64,000 bases of DNA from Lama guanicoe (GCA_013239625.1 MU054323.1:1488001-1552000); one strand, 5' to 3'. Counted from the stretch's first letter, positions 35,831 to 49,996 are shown. The notes: generated by a model from the letters alone, not told the origin. Made by a program: numbers and translations.

Positions 35831-36769
35831 GTCAAACATTCATAAGTGCTAAGATAATCTTGCTACTTGAATTACAGTGACATCTAGTGGTTAAACTACT
35901 TTAAAAGTAATTACTGAATGTAAAAAGGACACAGGACCAACTTAAAGAGGCCCCCGCTGGCCAAAGAACAGCAGCAGCAATGAACTTAAATACATAAATT
36001 CTCTGTTAACAATTTCTCTTTACTAAACAAGTGCTCATGGGAACAAAAATAAAATTAGTTAGATAATGCTTTCATATAATTTCCTGAGAAGACATTACAA
36101 GTAACATTAGAAGGAGTTCTATTTCATGTTGACAGAATTGTAGATACACATATATGCACTCAAGGTGAAAAAACAGGGCACCAACCAGTTTTATCATGTG
36201 TTTGAACAGACACATAGCTTCACATATTTTCCAGAACACTATATGAAAAATTATGTGGTTCTCGAGTGAGCATTCACTTATTTTCTTATCTTCTAAGGGT
36301 TATAAAACATTCTGAATTTAAACATACATTGGAATTTTAGGCTTATCTTCTGAAGTCTAAATCCTCTATGGAAATCCAAATGAAAAAGCAACATTAACAC
36401 ATAAGCAGTAAAAAGCTAAAGAAAACCAACTAAACACACACAAAAAATCCTACATGAAAGTGAAAACTAATAGGATGCAGTCTTGCTCCCAAACCACGTT
36501 TTGTATCATTCTAATGAATGAAGCCCCAGATAAATTATGGAGATCTAACTTTTATCCCTGGTCTATTAGTAAACTTATCATGGGGCTTCAGTCTCAGTTT
36601 TCTTATTTGTAAAATGAAGACTAGATAACTGAAAGATTCTTAAAGAAATAATAGTCTTTTGAATAACAGGGAGGATAATGTTAGAAAGCCTAGTTTCAGT
36701 TGTCCTGTACAATTATAGCTTTGGGAATGTATCATCCAAACAACTAATACTTTCTGCTTTTTTTCATTT

Positions 36770-37370
36770 TTATTAGAGTGTAATTTATCACAGTAAAGAA
36801 CACAAAGCTTAAGGTTCAGCTCAGTAATTCTGACATATACACACACATGCACACACACAGCCTGGTAACTGGACTCAGGTCAAGACAGAACACGTCCAGC
36901 ATCGCAGCGGAGTCCCTGCGTCCTCTCCCGCCACCACCAGCCCCTAGAGGGGAACCACTATTCCAACTTTAATCATAGTAGATGAATTTTACTAGTTTTT
37001 GAAGAGTTCTGAAAAGTGGAATTGCTTTAATAGACCCTGAAAAAACAGGTTTCTAAATTAGTTCTACCAAATTATACGCCCACTAAAAGGTGTGAGTTCC
37101 AAGTCCACCCTTCACCACATAGGTAGCATCAGTCTTGTTTATTTTGGTCACACTAACAGGAGTGTGACAGTAATTCACTATGGTATAAATCTGTGTTTCT
37201 TTGATGACTAGTGGTACTGAGCGCTTTTTCTTGTGCCTGTTTATCACTTGAATTAATGGAGTTCCTGACTTAACCATTTTTAAAGGCATTGCCATTCTTT
37301 TTCTTAATTATTATTATTATTAAAAATTTTTAGACGAGTCCTTTGTTGTATGTATGTATTGCAAATTACT
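36770..37370 (-). mobile_element. Old L1 3' fragments
   Basis: ttattagagtgtaattt...aaccactattcc and ttggtcacactaacaggagtgtgacagtaattcactatgg...tctttgatgactagtggtactgagc. Confidence 0.55.
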
Positions 37371-38053
37371 ACTTTAAGTATTAAAATGAAACAATAAAAC
37401 TTATGGCAACTAAGAGTAGTAATAAGCCAATATTTGAAAAGTTTGCCCCAATTATTTAGAGTGGGTAGTTGCTCTTGACCTCCTGACTAAAAATTTTAAC
37501 ACTGTATCCCACACCCCGTCCTTGAATGCACGTGACTATGAAAGAGTCCACACACACAGACTCCACAAAGTTGAAAGCGGTGGCTTTGTCAATCGGAAAG
37601 AGGCTATCTAGAGACGCCTTCCAAAACTAATAGTACAAAGATAATTACGTGGGGTCAAACATTCTTTTAAGAAATTCTTTCTTGGCTTCCTATAGTGAGA
37701 AGGAGAATATGGTCTTTACATAATGTGCCACATAATTTAAAATGCTGTACGGATTTTAAAAAAGGACCAGTGGAGTAAAAAGAAAAAGTAAACATTGGTC
37801 ACTGAAAATAAAATTTCTAATTATTATCATAAGAAAATACTGTGGTTGTCTGGGGAAAAAAATCAGCTAAAATCGCAGCTTTAGTTAGTAAAACCAATTT
37901 AATATTCAAAACTTTAACAAGGGCCATCTTTAACTTGAAAATAAGATCTTTTGTTGTCCAATGACAACAGGTTAAAGCTTATCAGCGTATCACGCAGAGA
38001 AATGCAGCAGCTAACTCTCCTCAGGATCACATGCAGAGAGTTAAGATACTTAC

Positions 38054-38159
38054 TGATATACTAAGAGTCTCATTCTTGTGGTCAAAATTCATTTTTCCAC
38101 AATAGGCCCGCTGAGATAATAAGTTGTCAAAGTACAATTTGCATCGTAAAGTCAAACAC
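38054..38159 (-). CDS. SMC6: SMC6 coding exon (neck into head)
   Basis: ttttcaag|G...TCA|gtaagt, 106 nt. Translates [35 protein letters not shown]. Confidence 0.95.
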
Positions 38160-38675
38160 CTTGAAAAAAGAAATTGGGCCCATTAGAAAGAATACAGGGA
38201 TACAGAATTGTACATTTAGCATCTCTAAATCAGCACGTAAGACCAGACGAAAATATGCCAAGATGCTAACAATGGTGCACAGTTAACAGGTGAAATTTTT
38301 GGTGATTTTTGCCCACGACTTTACATTTTTACCACTTCATTTCCTTTTACAGTGAATAAACATTTATAAAATGAATAAAGATGTCATCCCACATAAAATA
38401 AAAGCTACTATGTTACAGCCAGTCCATGTGAATGTATCAATCATTCAACTAATTTATATTCCACTCGTGCTAGTGGGAGTGTGATAAAATTAGATAAGCT
38501 CACTATAAAAGTCCCTGCAAATCCAGAATTCTCATTCAGTTTCAGGATCTCACCAACCATCTTTTCTAATTGAATCTGGAAAGTTCTTTTAATTTAATTT
38601 TATTATTTATAAGGGAGAATGTGAAAGCAAAGAAAAACCAAAAATACACATGATAGTATTTTTTAATGCACTTAC

Positions 38676-38801
38676 CTTCTAAACTGTTGATACGTTTTAA
38701 ATCTATGAGTCATTATTTCTTCCAGTAATTTAATAAACCTTTTTAAAGTCCTTACTTTGTTATCCAGATCAAGATAGGTTTCTCTTGCTTCTTGATACTG
38801 C
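38676..38801 (-). CDS. SMC6: SMC6 coding exon (coiled coil)
   Basis: aaaatag|G...AGAAG|gtaagt, 126 nt. Translates [41 protein letters not shown](R). Confidence 0.95.
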
Positions 38802-40704
38802 CTATTTTATAAACAAAATATTAAGTAAATAAATGCCATTCAATGAAACATCATGTAAAGTCTCAACTATATTTAATAGGGACGAACAGGAAGTGCTGAG
38901 GGGGCCTGGCAATAGCAGATTTCAGAAATCTCCAGACAAAATACACTGAGTGTGTGCTGCCCTGCCTGGGAGAGCTGTTAGCAGGGTTGGGCAGAAGCAA
39001 AGTCCAAGCCTAGAAAGGTGATGAAGAATGTGCCCAAGTGGGGCCCAGAGTGGCAGATCTTAAGAGAATTTCAGCACACACAGACCTTCTAAAAAGGACG
39101 GGATCAGAGTGGAAGGCATGTTCCCCTTAGTGAAAGATGCCAAGGCGGGACCAGAAGAACACAGGGTGAGCATTAGCGCCACTCCAGCCCTAGTCTAAAC
39201 ATAACGAGGTCACAGAGGCAGGGGAGACATGGCTACTCAGAAGTGCTACCATGGAGGGTGACAGCTCCTTGCTGTAGCAATGGAGAGAAAGATCCTGACA
39301 ACACGTGAAGAGCAAACTCCAGCCAAGGCTCTGTTACACGTCCCATCCTCCTTCAAATGTCCAGTCCAGGAAAATCCAACCAATTAAAAAAACGAGTAAC
39401 AAAAAAGGCACAAAGCGTCCATACAGAGATATTTATGGGAAAAAAAGAATTGAAAAGAGCAGATAAACTCTCCCTAGAAAGAAAACTTATTGGAACAACA
39501 TTGTCACAAAGCAGATTAAAACCGCAGTTGAACACCTTAAATTAAAACAAAACACGAGACAAGTGCTACCACAAAGGATTATCTCAAGCAGACATGAAAG
39601 AACTGAAAGAATAGATAAATGAAAGAAATCAAAGCTAACAGACAGGTAAACAACAGAAAGTGACAACCAGACAAGAGGAGGAAAAGCAAGAACCTGCAGA
39701 ACCCAAGACAGCGGCAGGGAAGTGTAGACAAAAACCAAAACAAAACCCCAAAAAACAAAGATATGAAGACAAAACAAGAGGACGCATGGGCAAACACAGA
39801 AAACATCAACAGACACAGAGATTAGAAATGAGAAAAGCAAACAAAACAAGAAAAAAACAAAACAGATAAAATGGTTGGACAAACTACAGAAGACAAGGGA
39901 TATGCAACATACGTATAACCAAAGACCTCAGGAAAGAAAACTAACAACAGGACAGAACATACTTAAAAGTAAAACAAAAGAAAACTTTCAAGAAGTAAGA
40001 CTCAAATCTACATATCTATTAAAAAGCACTGTGCATGCAATGAAAGGATCATAGAATTTGACATTCTGGATAAGTTACAGAACTTGACAGACTAGTATCA
40101 TCATAAATAGATATTCAGGAGGAAAAGGATTTTGTAGGAGGCTAGACTACCTTTCCAACTCAAAAGCTAGAGACAAATAATTTTGAACTTGCAAAAATAC
40201 AAAAAAAATTATCATATGGCCATTCTTACGGAAACAATCAGAGGACAAATAACCTTTCAAATGGCTAAGTAGTCATTTGGAAAAAGACAAAACACATTCC
40301 TCACATCAAAAGTATTCACATTAAAAGAAATATAAATAAACGGTCCCTAAGACATGGAAAGACGTTAACTGCATTCAATATAAGTGAAATGCAAAATAAT
40401 ATTACACTGAAGTATATTCTGTTTTTTAAAGGAAATAAATATATCAGCGAAAAGAATCTAAGATATTCGCACACTGCCATTTTACACTGTATTTTTAAAA
40501 CATGATCTATTTTAAAGAAAATCTTCTGCTATTATTTTTCTTACCCTTTCCCCCAAATCTTTTTGAAATTAGAATTGAAATCATTCCTGTTCCCTGCCTT
40601 TTTTAATATGAAAAAAATCTTCATAAAATTCAATAGCTATAATTTTCTACTACAATTCAATCATTATGTTCCAGCTGTATACAATTTCTAATTTTTCAGT
40701 GATA

Positions 40705-40870
40705 CAAACTATTATGCATAAACTAAAGCTACAAGGATGTACTGTACAGCACAGGGCATACAGCCAATGTTCTATAACCATACAGTATAATCTATAACAA
40801 TTTTGAATCACTATGTTGTACATTTGAAACTAATGTAATATTGTAAATCAACTACTGGGTCAATTTAAAA
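40705..40870 (+). mobile_element. Short L1 3' end
   Basis: caaggatgtactgtacagcacaggg...gaatcactatgttgtacatttgaaactaatgtaatattgtaaatcaactac. Confidence 0.75.
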
Positions 40871-41620
40871 ACACACTGCAATAAACATACCCAAGTACAA
40901 ACTGTTTTTCTCATTTTGGATTATAACAACAAAATTACTTGGCCAAATTAAAATTTGTAAAGGTGTTTAACATAAACTGCCTTAAAGCTTTTCAGAAAGA
41001 CTAATAATATCTAACATGTTATGTATCCAATATATTCTGTTTATATGGGTTACGTCATGTAATCTTCGTAACAACTCTATGAGGTAAGTACTGTAATTAC
41101 ACCTATTTTATAGATGAGAAATTTAAGGTTCAGAGGTTAGATAACTTTTCAGAATTACTTTAGTAGGTAATAAAATTGCAATTCAAACCAAGGTATTTTT
41201 GCTTCATAATCATGTTCTAACTAAACTAGGACTTCCATTTTCATGAGTAATATAAACATAATCCATTTCATTGAAATCTCATTGACATGAAGCATGTATT
41301 TTTCTCATCTTGATGCATATGAAAACAGCTTCTAATTGTTTTGATTTGCATTTCTTTGATTACTTGTGAAGCTGAATATTGTGTCTATATGAATCTTACA
41401 GGTATAAAATTGGTATTTATGTTAAAATGTCATTCCATAATAAGTTATGTAATAATTTCAAAGGAAAAGTTTATTATTAATAACACACTTATGGAAGACT
41501 AGTTTAAATATAACTATAGGCCATAGCAACACTTTACTCAAATTTGAGTTTATAAAACATTTTTTGTCTCAATAATATTCAAGGGTAATATCATAAAGAG
41601 AAAAGCTAGCAATCACTTAC

Positions 41621-41766
41621 CTCATTATTTCCTCACGATCTCCGTGACTAGCATGTTCTGCCTGTATCTTTTGCCTTAATCTATTAATTTCTTTGTCCAG
41701 AATTGATGCAGATTTTTTCACTTCTATCCGCTCTGGGCAGATCTGTCTTGCTTGTGACATTTTCTC
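41621..41766 (-). CDS. SMC6: SMC6 coding exon (coiled coil)
   Basis: tcttag|GAG...ATGAG|gtaagt, 146 nt. Translates [48 protein letters not shown](R). Confidence 0.95.
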
Positions 41767-42783
41767 CTAAGATAACAGATGCTTAACTTTAAACTCTTCT
41801 TTGATGTAACAATTCACTGTATGTACTATTTGTGCCAAAATATGCAAAGTAAAATTCTGAACTTATGTTTAAGAAATGTATTTTAATTCAATTTAATGTC
41901 AATGTTATTTCTCTAAGCTTTATATGAGAATACAGTCCAGAGTTGTCATAAATCTTCAAGAGAAAATTGCATTAGTACACATAACTTTAATAATTTGTAA
42001 GAGCTCCATAACTTCCTAGTGAAACAAATTTCAAGGAGCAGTTATGAAAAGTTTGGCACCCAGAGTGCTGAGGTCAGGCATAGCTTTCTGTGTGTTTTAG
42101 GATGGATTCTAAACACCACATAGTACTGAAAACACAAACAAAAAGACCCTCATGTTTGTAAAATATTAAAAACCTCAAAGCACTTCTACACATAGTACTT
42201 ATATTCACAATTTTTATAAAATAAGTCTTAAGCTAGTAAGGCAATAGATTACAGAGTTTAAATAATTTTCCTAAGACATGTAAAAACAAAGCTGGAATCC
42301 ATCTCTTCTAGGTTAGGCCAAGGTTGCTTTCAATTTACTCTCCTCTAGAAACAGAGCTGCTACTTAACAGTTGTCAACAAGGGTTATCCAGTAAGTAGCA
42401 GCTGAATTCCAGCCCAGCTCACACTCAAGTCACTCAGAGGCAGGGGTGCCTTTTTCTGACATAAAGCTGCTATGCACTTGCCAAGCTGGGCATTTAAGGA
42501 GCTATTTTAGAGGAAGGAGTAAGTGCCATGTTCCAAACCACTCAGAGGCAGGACTGCTGCAGTCTGGCCTAAAGTCCCCCTCCTGTCAGTCTATGAAGTC
42601 CCCATACTCAGAGAGTCCCTCAGCCTTTTCCTCTGTTGATTCCCCAAGACGGGTGTTATTCCATACAGAACAGATACTCATCAGACAACTTGCTTATGTT
42701 TGGAAACAGGACGTGAAGGAAAACACACTTTAATCAGCATGACTAAGGCTGTAAACAAAACATTAAAGAAAGTGATGGGTAAC

Positions 42784-42921
42784 CTCTAGTTCTTTTTCTT
42801 TCATATCTAGTTCTCGTTTCTTTTTATTTAAAGTATCCAGGTGTTCCTTTTGCTTGTCTTCATAATGCCGCTTCCCTCGTTTTTGGTTATCCACTTCAGA
42901 ATCAGCAAGGTTTAATTCATC
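42784..42921 (-). CDS. SMC6: SMC6 coding exon (coiled coil)
   Basis: taaacag|GAT...GAG|gttacc, 138 nt. Translates [46 protein letters not shown]. Confidence 0.93.
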
Positions 42922-43250
42922 CTGTTTAAATAAAAGCAAAATAATCTATACAGAAAAGACTGCTTTAAAAAATTATCAGCACAGATATAAACTAACTGAC
43001 CACTCAATAAAGGAGACAGGATTATGCTGCCTGAAGAGGCAAGAGTTGGAGCTCACATTCACGTGTCTGAACAGAAGCGAGGAGTTCCCCAAAATAAGAC
43101 ATCACATTATCATTCATGTTCCGGTTCTAACATGAAGTCTCATATGTTATGGTGCTTTCACCTTTATTTTGGTAAACAAGGTGGTTTCACGGGAAGCCAT
43201 GTTAGCCTGAAAAGACTTAAAACAATCCAAGTGTTGGATATTATACCGGG

Positions 43251-43384
43251 TTTTTGTTTTTGTTTTTATGAGGGGGGAAGGTAATTAGGGTTGTTTGTTT
43301 GAATGGAGGTACTGGCTAGGGATTGAACTCAGGACCTCGTGCATGCTAAGCACGCACTCTACCAGTGAGCTATACCCTCCCGCC
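43251..43384 (-). mobile_element. tRNA-Ala-derived SINE (camelid Vic-1-like)
   Basis: Reverse complement reads GGGAGGGTATAGCTCACTGGTAGAGTGCGTGCTTAGCATGCACGAGGTCCTGAGTTCAATCCC...TACCTCC: A box, AGC anticodon loop, B box, then an A-rich tail. Confidence 0.85.
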
Positions 43385-43539
43385 AAGTACTAGCTACAAC
43401 AGAGGTACCCAACAGAGGAAACTTGGTTTTAAAAAAAGGTGAGTCAGGATGGAGAAAGAAAGGTTGCAAAGAAATTTAACACTGCCTTATTTGGTCATCA
43501 TTTCTGGAGGTTTAACTTTACAATTTTGAGCACAAAATA

Positions 43540-44680
43540 TAATTGTAATGAAGCTATTTCAAGATCACTTTAAAAATAAACAGTAGTAGACTATAAGGAA
43601 AAGATGCGTATTGTAACGCACAGCAACCCCTGGAAAACAAAACAAGAGTTGTAGCTAAACAAACCAGTAGAGGAGATTTAAAAAAGGAACACTAAAAATT
43701 ACTTGTCTAATCCCAAAAGAAAGAAATGAAGAGAGGAAATATAAACAAGAAAAAACAGCAGCTAACCATTAACCAGTACTTTCAAAATGAAATATCAAAT
43801 GCTTTCTTGTTAGGTACAAAGCAAGGATGTATAGTCCCATTGCTTCTGTTTAACATTTATTGGAGGTCCTGGATAGTTCAATTAAAATAAGTAAAAGGAC
43901 ATAAAAAGTATAAAGATTGGACAGGAAGTTTTGTAAAACCGTATTTAAAGGAGCGATGACTGTGTATAAATAAATTCCAGAGAAAAAGCTTTTAAATTAA
44001 TGTGAGTTTAGAAAGGTCACTGGCTACGAGGCCAATACAAAAATCAGTAATATTTCTATATACTAGGAATAATTGAAAAAATGAATCAAAAATCTGTAAT
44101 GTTTATAATAGCATCAAAAACATTAATAAATACATGTCCAGAATATATAAAGAACTCAAAAGTCAATGATAAAGACATGTAGTGAAAAAAAGGGCAAAGA
44201 TCTTAATAGACATTTCTCCAAAGATAAACAAATGACCAATAAAAGCATGAAAATCTGCTCAACAGTATTAGACATAAGAAAAATGCAAATTAAAACCACG
44301 ATGAGATACGACTTCACACACAACAGGACGGTTAAAAGAAGAAAGGCATACAATAATAAGTGTTGGCAAGATGTGGAGAAACTGGGACACTCAAACACTG
44401 TTGGAATGTAAAATGGTGCAGTCACTTTGGAAAACAGTTCAAAACGTAAGCGTGTAGCGCAGCAATTCCGCTCCGAGGTTTCTACCCAAGAGAAATGAAC
44501 ACGTCTCTGCTCAAAAACTTGTACACCAATTTTCATGGCAGCAGTACCCAAATGGCCATCAACCGATGAATGACGTGTGGCAATACAAGGAATGAACTAC
44601 AGATACATATTAGAACATGGACGAATCCTGAAAACACCATGCTCAACGGAAGAAGCCAGTCACAGTTAAAAACAAAACCC
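43540..44680 (+). mobile_element. L1 ORF2/3' relic
   Basis: ORF track fragment KGKDLNRHFSKDKQMTNKSMKICSTVLDIRKMQIKTTMRYDFT...NKCWQDVEKL is an L1 ORF2 C-terminal remnant. Confidence 0.85.
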
Positions 44681-47600
44681 AACACAAACCAAAACAGCAG
44701 CATCAAGAAAGAAGATTTGAAGAGATCCCAAGAGAAGAGAAAGAACATGTGAAGTATCTAAAACTTGCTAGTATTTACCTCATATAACAGAGAAGATTTA
44801 GGCTATTTCCTGACCTAAGAATACAAATTACTGCATCTTGCTCGTACTGCCAAAAACAACTATATCCGTGGTAGACGCTTGATAACATACAGCTTTTTAA
44901 CAGTTCTATTAAAAATAAAAACATTGTTATATGGAGGATGGAGATAAGCTGCTCCTTTACTCTGAACAGAATAAAAGAAAATGGGTGCAATTCATGTAGT
45001 AGGAGATACTATGGTTAGAAATTGGAATAACTTATGAAAACAGAATGGTTGAACACTAAATTTTCTAATCATTTTTGGTAGAAACCTTCAAAATAAATAT
45101 GCCCAAGTTTGCTTTAGGGAATCAAATCAGCTTCGTGGAGCTAAAGGGTCAATTATATCAGGACACATTTATACTGGTTAATCTTTTCTCCTAGCAACTT
45201 TAGAAAGGGAAAGACTTGATATAAAATTGGATGAAAAGAACTCTAGGTGTTAATGTCCTTTTCTCCACATTTATCATGGCTTTTGATTTGTCCTTATATA
45301 TTTAATACATTTATGTACTAGGTACCATCAAATTTAAAACTAAAAAGGAACCAAGAGAGTATTTCCTTTAATTTCACTTTGTTGATTGTGGAACAGAGAC
45401 CTAGAGAAATTAAAAGCCACTTAGTGACATTCATCCTGGTTTTGGGGTGAGGACTAGAACATGTAAGATATAAAATTAAACTCTGATGTAACCCTAAATC
45501 TGTAGTTTCTAACCCTTAAGAAACTACAGCCTTTAAAAAAAATAGGCTGAGATGCTAGAAGAGACAGAATCATTCAAAATTTTTATTCTCTTTGATGACT
45601 AAATAACCAATTTTAGTTTACTCAACAACACTGAATAAATTGCTACAATATGTATTATAGCTACTTGCTTCATACAGTCCTACATCAATTATGAGGTTTT
45701 AAAAAACTGTAAATCATTAGATCTTGGAATTTGCAAGAGTACAGTCAGCCTCAATCCAAATAAACACTCATAACCTCTATCAGAAACAGAGGCCCTCCTA
45801 TTCCAATAATGCTGACCAGGTATCACCGTAGACTTGATGTAGGCCACGCTCTCTGTACAGAAAATTTAACTTGCAACTAAAGCATTAAGTTTGCAGTGTA
45901 AATCAAAATAAACCATTCAAAGTGAGAAAAATATTCCCTACGCCAAGATTTCAGGGACTGCATATTTGAACAGAGTGCTCTACTCCTCACTACCCCTCTG
46001 ACACAAATGAACAAATGTCCTGACAGCAAACAGATTATACCTAGAAGCTGATAATACATCATGATGACAGTTTCTGAGGGATTAAATTATTTTGTCAGCC
46101 AAATCTTCTTGGTCCTGTTGTTACTGATGGCTAGTGGGATGTGATATTGCAAAGGAAAACCCCGTGGCTATGGGCTGACTGCACGCAGGTTTACTGAAGG
46201 ACTCGCCTCCTAGCTTTCACTTATTTGTAACCAAGGCAAAGAGAGATCAAGAATTCCTACTGCCTTTTCTGCCCATATCTTTTCCTCTTGAACTTATTTA
46301 TGGACTCCCAAAATTCAAGGAGTTGCTTTAGCCTAGAGGTCCCTAAAGAACAGAACATAGCTTATTTTTCATTTTTCATTTTTTCTTATTAATTTTAAGT
46401 TATCTGGGATAATTTCGGTACCAATTATTTCTTTTTCTATATTGTTTTAGCATACTTCATCATTTTGATTTTAAGTTGCCCTAATCAATCCTTCACCCAT
46501 TTAAACACTTCTTTTATCTTACCTTTGTTTAAAAAATTCCTGCATTTTGAATTCTACCTTTCCTATTCTGGACGATTTTCATATTTATTTTATTCTTTCT
46601 TATTCTATTTTCTTTTAAAAACTAATTTTGACCTCTTTTTTATCTTGGACTTTTGTCTTTTTAATTCTAATTCCTGTATTAATGACTTTCTTGTCTTTTT
46701 CAACACTAGCTTTAATACTTTTTCCTTCCTCACAACTTTATTATTAAAGTTTTATATCCCTCTTAAACAGTTAATTTATCAGTCTATCTTCCCATTTTTT
46801 ATTCTTACCTCAAATGGAAAAAACTAAACCACCCTGCGTTACAACAGCAGGCAGGAATCACAGCTCTATGTAAAGCAACTACAGAGAGGCCACCACAAAC
46901 AGGGAAAAGTTGCTTCTATGCAGCTCCTCTTCTAACTTCCTTTGACAAATTATGTTTTCTAAAATCATCAGTGGAGACAATTACAGTAAAGTTCATATAC
47001 ACACAAATTCTTTTAAACTTCTAAAATACCTAAACACATTTTGATTCAAAGGGGGTAATTTTCCTGCCGAAAACGGGGGTTATATCGTCAACATAAACTC
47101 TCTCCTCTTAAAACATACTATTGACTCTTCTCAGTGTCTTATAAACAAAATTTGAAGTTTTGAGAATAACTGAACTACTCACAAAATGAAAATGATAATA
47201 AGCTACTGATAACAAAGCTATTCCAAATGGTAAAATTTATAGAATTTAATTATTAAATAATTTATTTCCTTAGATTTGGTTTTAAAAAGCATATGCTTAA
47301 AAAAAAAGCCAACTGAATTCAGACTGGAATATAACGGAAATATGTTAATAAACAGAAACTGGGTAGCCCTTCATTTCAAATTGGTTTTTATATCAACTAC
47401 TCCTTAAGCTACTGAGGAAAGGTGGGCAGGACAACAGAACAGGGAAGCAAAGAAACCGTATAGACAGACAAGGTATCTCTGCCCCTGGTTCTAAAAGAAG
47501 AAAAAATCCCACAAAATAAAAAGGGAACAAAAGCTGTAATCTTCTGTGGGGACAGAAATTTGGAAATTTATTCTCCGTAAAGGAGTGAGCAGAACTGTTT

Positions 47601-47760
47601 AAGTCTAATTGATCTAATGATGAAAATGGCTTTACATCCTAGTTTTTATATAATTGTATTTACATTTAACCATAAATTCTGTTGGGTAATATCTAGCAAG
47701 TATACTGCAGATATCAAACTAAAACAGAAAAAATATATATAGCAGAGTAACAATATATAC

Positions 47761-47931
47761 CTTAAGTGGGTCTGCCAGCTCTGATAGCTGATTAATTTTC
47801 TGTTTAATTGCATCATACTTGTTTTCCGCTTCTATTTTCAGACTTTCAAGATGTTCCATGTTTTCTTTTTGTTGTTCCATACTTTTCTCAACCATTTTCA
47901 TTTTGATCTTATTTTCCTGAGCTTCATCTTC
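47761..47931 (-). CDS. SMC6: SMC6 coding exon (coiled coil)
   Basis: ttaccag|GAA...AAG|gtatat, 171 nt. Translates [57 protein letters not shown]. Confidence 0.95.
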
Positions 47932-49025
47932 CTGGTAACATTTACAGAGCATAAAGAATCCATTAAAATACTTAAGTTACCAAATAGAAAAACAGGACAA
48001 ACAATTCTGGAAGAGGAGAAACTACAGGCTACAAGCAAATCAGATAAAGACAAATACAAAGAACATCAGGATATTTTCAAACTCTTAATGGTTAATTAGG
48101 AAGTAGAAGAAAACAGGTTCAAAAATAAGGAAGGACTACATTTAGAAGACAAACCATATTGTGCTTGAGGTCATCATCAAAAGGGTAACTTTTATTCTAT
48201 CTACTCACGTTTTCTTTCAAAATATAGTGTATAAATATGTGTCTTGTGCCAGACAATGTGTTAGATGCTGAGTAGACAAAAATAAACAAGACACAGTCCA
48301 TACCTTTAAGAAATTTAGTCTATCAATAAAAGGAATTAAAACCAAAAAACACCAAGTGGAAAACCAGATTACTAAGAAAAAAAATGAACACAAATTCTCA
48401 CTGGAGTAAAGCCCATCGCCGCAGGGACTCGGTCTGTTTTGTTCACTATTATATCCCCAGCATTTAACATGGGGCCTGGTACACAGCAGACAACTGGTAA
48501 ATATTTATTCATTCTAACAAGACTCTGCAATCTATCTAATTCATTACTTATCATAACTCAGGAAGCTAAGCTGAATGTCATAAAAAGATGCCTAGAGGAA
48601 ATTAAAACAGAGTAACAAATATGTGGCAAATTAAAACCATTAACTTTGAAAAAGGAAAACAATGCAGAGATCGACTACAACTGAGTGAAAGACATCACTT
48701 ACATTGATAGTAATTCTGAAAAATACTATGCTAGGTAGTTTGTTTTGAAAGGGCACTGTTGAGACACACAAATTCAGCTTTGATAGTTCTATTTCATGAA
48801 GTTGAAGACAAAACCAATTATTATGAGTGCAAGTTCTATGTACAAAATATTAAGGAACTTGAAGGCCATAAACCAGGCAATTTCTATTTTATTTGTAATG
48901 GAGACAGTAATTATAAAAAGTAGCCCCAAGTAAAAGGGTTTTCTAAAAAAGTTGAGAGTACATACTCTTAACCTAACTGATGGTTTTGTCCTTTAATACT
49001 GCATTTAAATTGAGAAAAATCTTAC

Positions 49026-49106
49026 CAAGGTTGCGATATCTACAGACTGGTGTTCTTCTATATTCTCAAGTTCCCGGATTTCAGAAATACTTTTTCTTAT
49101 TTTCAT
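49026..49106 (-). CDS. SMC6: SMC6 coding exon (coiled coil)
   Basis: ccccaaaag|ATG...TTG|gtaaga, 81 nt. Translates [27 protein letters not shown]. Confidence 0.93.
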
Positions 49107-49429
49107 CTTTTGGGGAAAAAAAAGTATTTAGATTTTAGTAACATAAAAATAAATCAATAACAAAAACCCTGGAAAGAAAGTATTAACTGACAAAGTTCTA
49201 CTATTTTATGTTACAGAAGGATTCCATAGTTAATGAAAGAAACACGTAAGTATTAAATGAACGAAACGAAGTTCTGTAAAGTCTACTTTGATCACCTTTA
49301 TTGCTAATCCATTCCCATGCAAAACAGATGTAAGTACTCCATCTTAGCATTTAAAATGAGGACAACATTGAGTTAATAGGGAAAATATTTTCCCGAAGCA
49401 TCCAGCCTCAACTTACGGAAAGATTACTC

Positions 49430-49919
49430 CAGTGGTTCTTAAAGTCTAATCCCAGTATCTCCTGGGTGTCTCTGAGACTCGTTCAGAGGGTTCATAAGGT
49501 CAAAATTATTTTCATAAAAACACTAAGACATTATTTTTTTAAACAATTTTTACTATCAATTTTTTACAAGTGTACAGGAGCTTTATAGCTATGATGTGTA
49601 ATACAGCAATGGACTGATTGTAGAAGCTGCTATGACAGTTCAGTTGAATTTTACTAAACTAGATATTAGGGATTTACAAAAATATTAAAATGTCAATCTT
49701 TTTTAATAAATACTTTTGGTTTTAGAAAATTAATTATTTTTCATAAAAGTATTACTTATGTTAACACATATTTGTTACTATTTTCAAATGAATTAATAGT
49801 CTTAAATTTTGCTTTAATCTTTAACAACGTAAATATTGATAGATAGCTAAAACCCACATAAATGAAAGCTCTTTTAAGACTATAAAGGTGATTGAGGCCC
49901 AGAAATCTGAGAACTACTC
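49430..49919. mobile_element. hAT Charlie1-like internally deleted DNA transposon
   Basis: Inverted termini cagtggttctt...gagaactactc, with ggtcaaaattattttcataaaaacactaagac near the left end. Confidence 0.65.
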
Positions 49920-49996
49920 GTCTAACTAAATGAATGGGAAGACCTTAGAAATAACTTGGAAGTGATAGTTAAGAAAACAAAATGATGTTTTTTTAC

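Noticed and set aside
39487..39882. Hydrophobic (minus) and Lys/Gln-rich (plus) ORFs
   Set aside because: Artefacts of an A-rich low-complexity stretch, probably a decayed L1 ORF1-like region.
43310..43384. Possible tRNA-Ala(AGC) gene
   Set aside because: The acceptor-stem region is disrupted and it continues into a SINE body and A-rich tail, so it is a tRNA-derived SINE.
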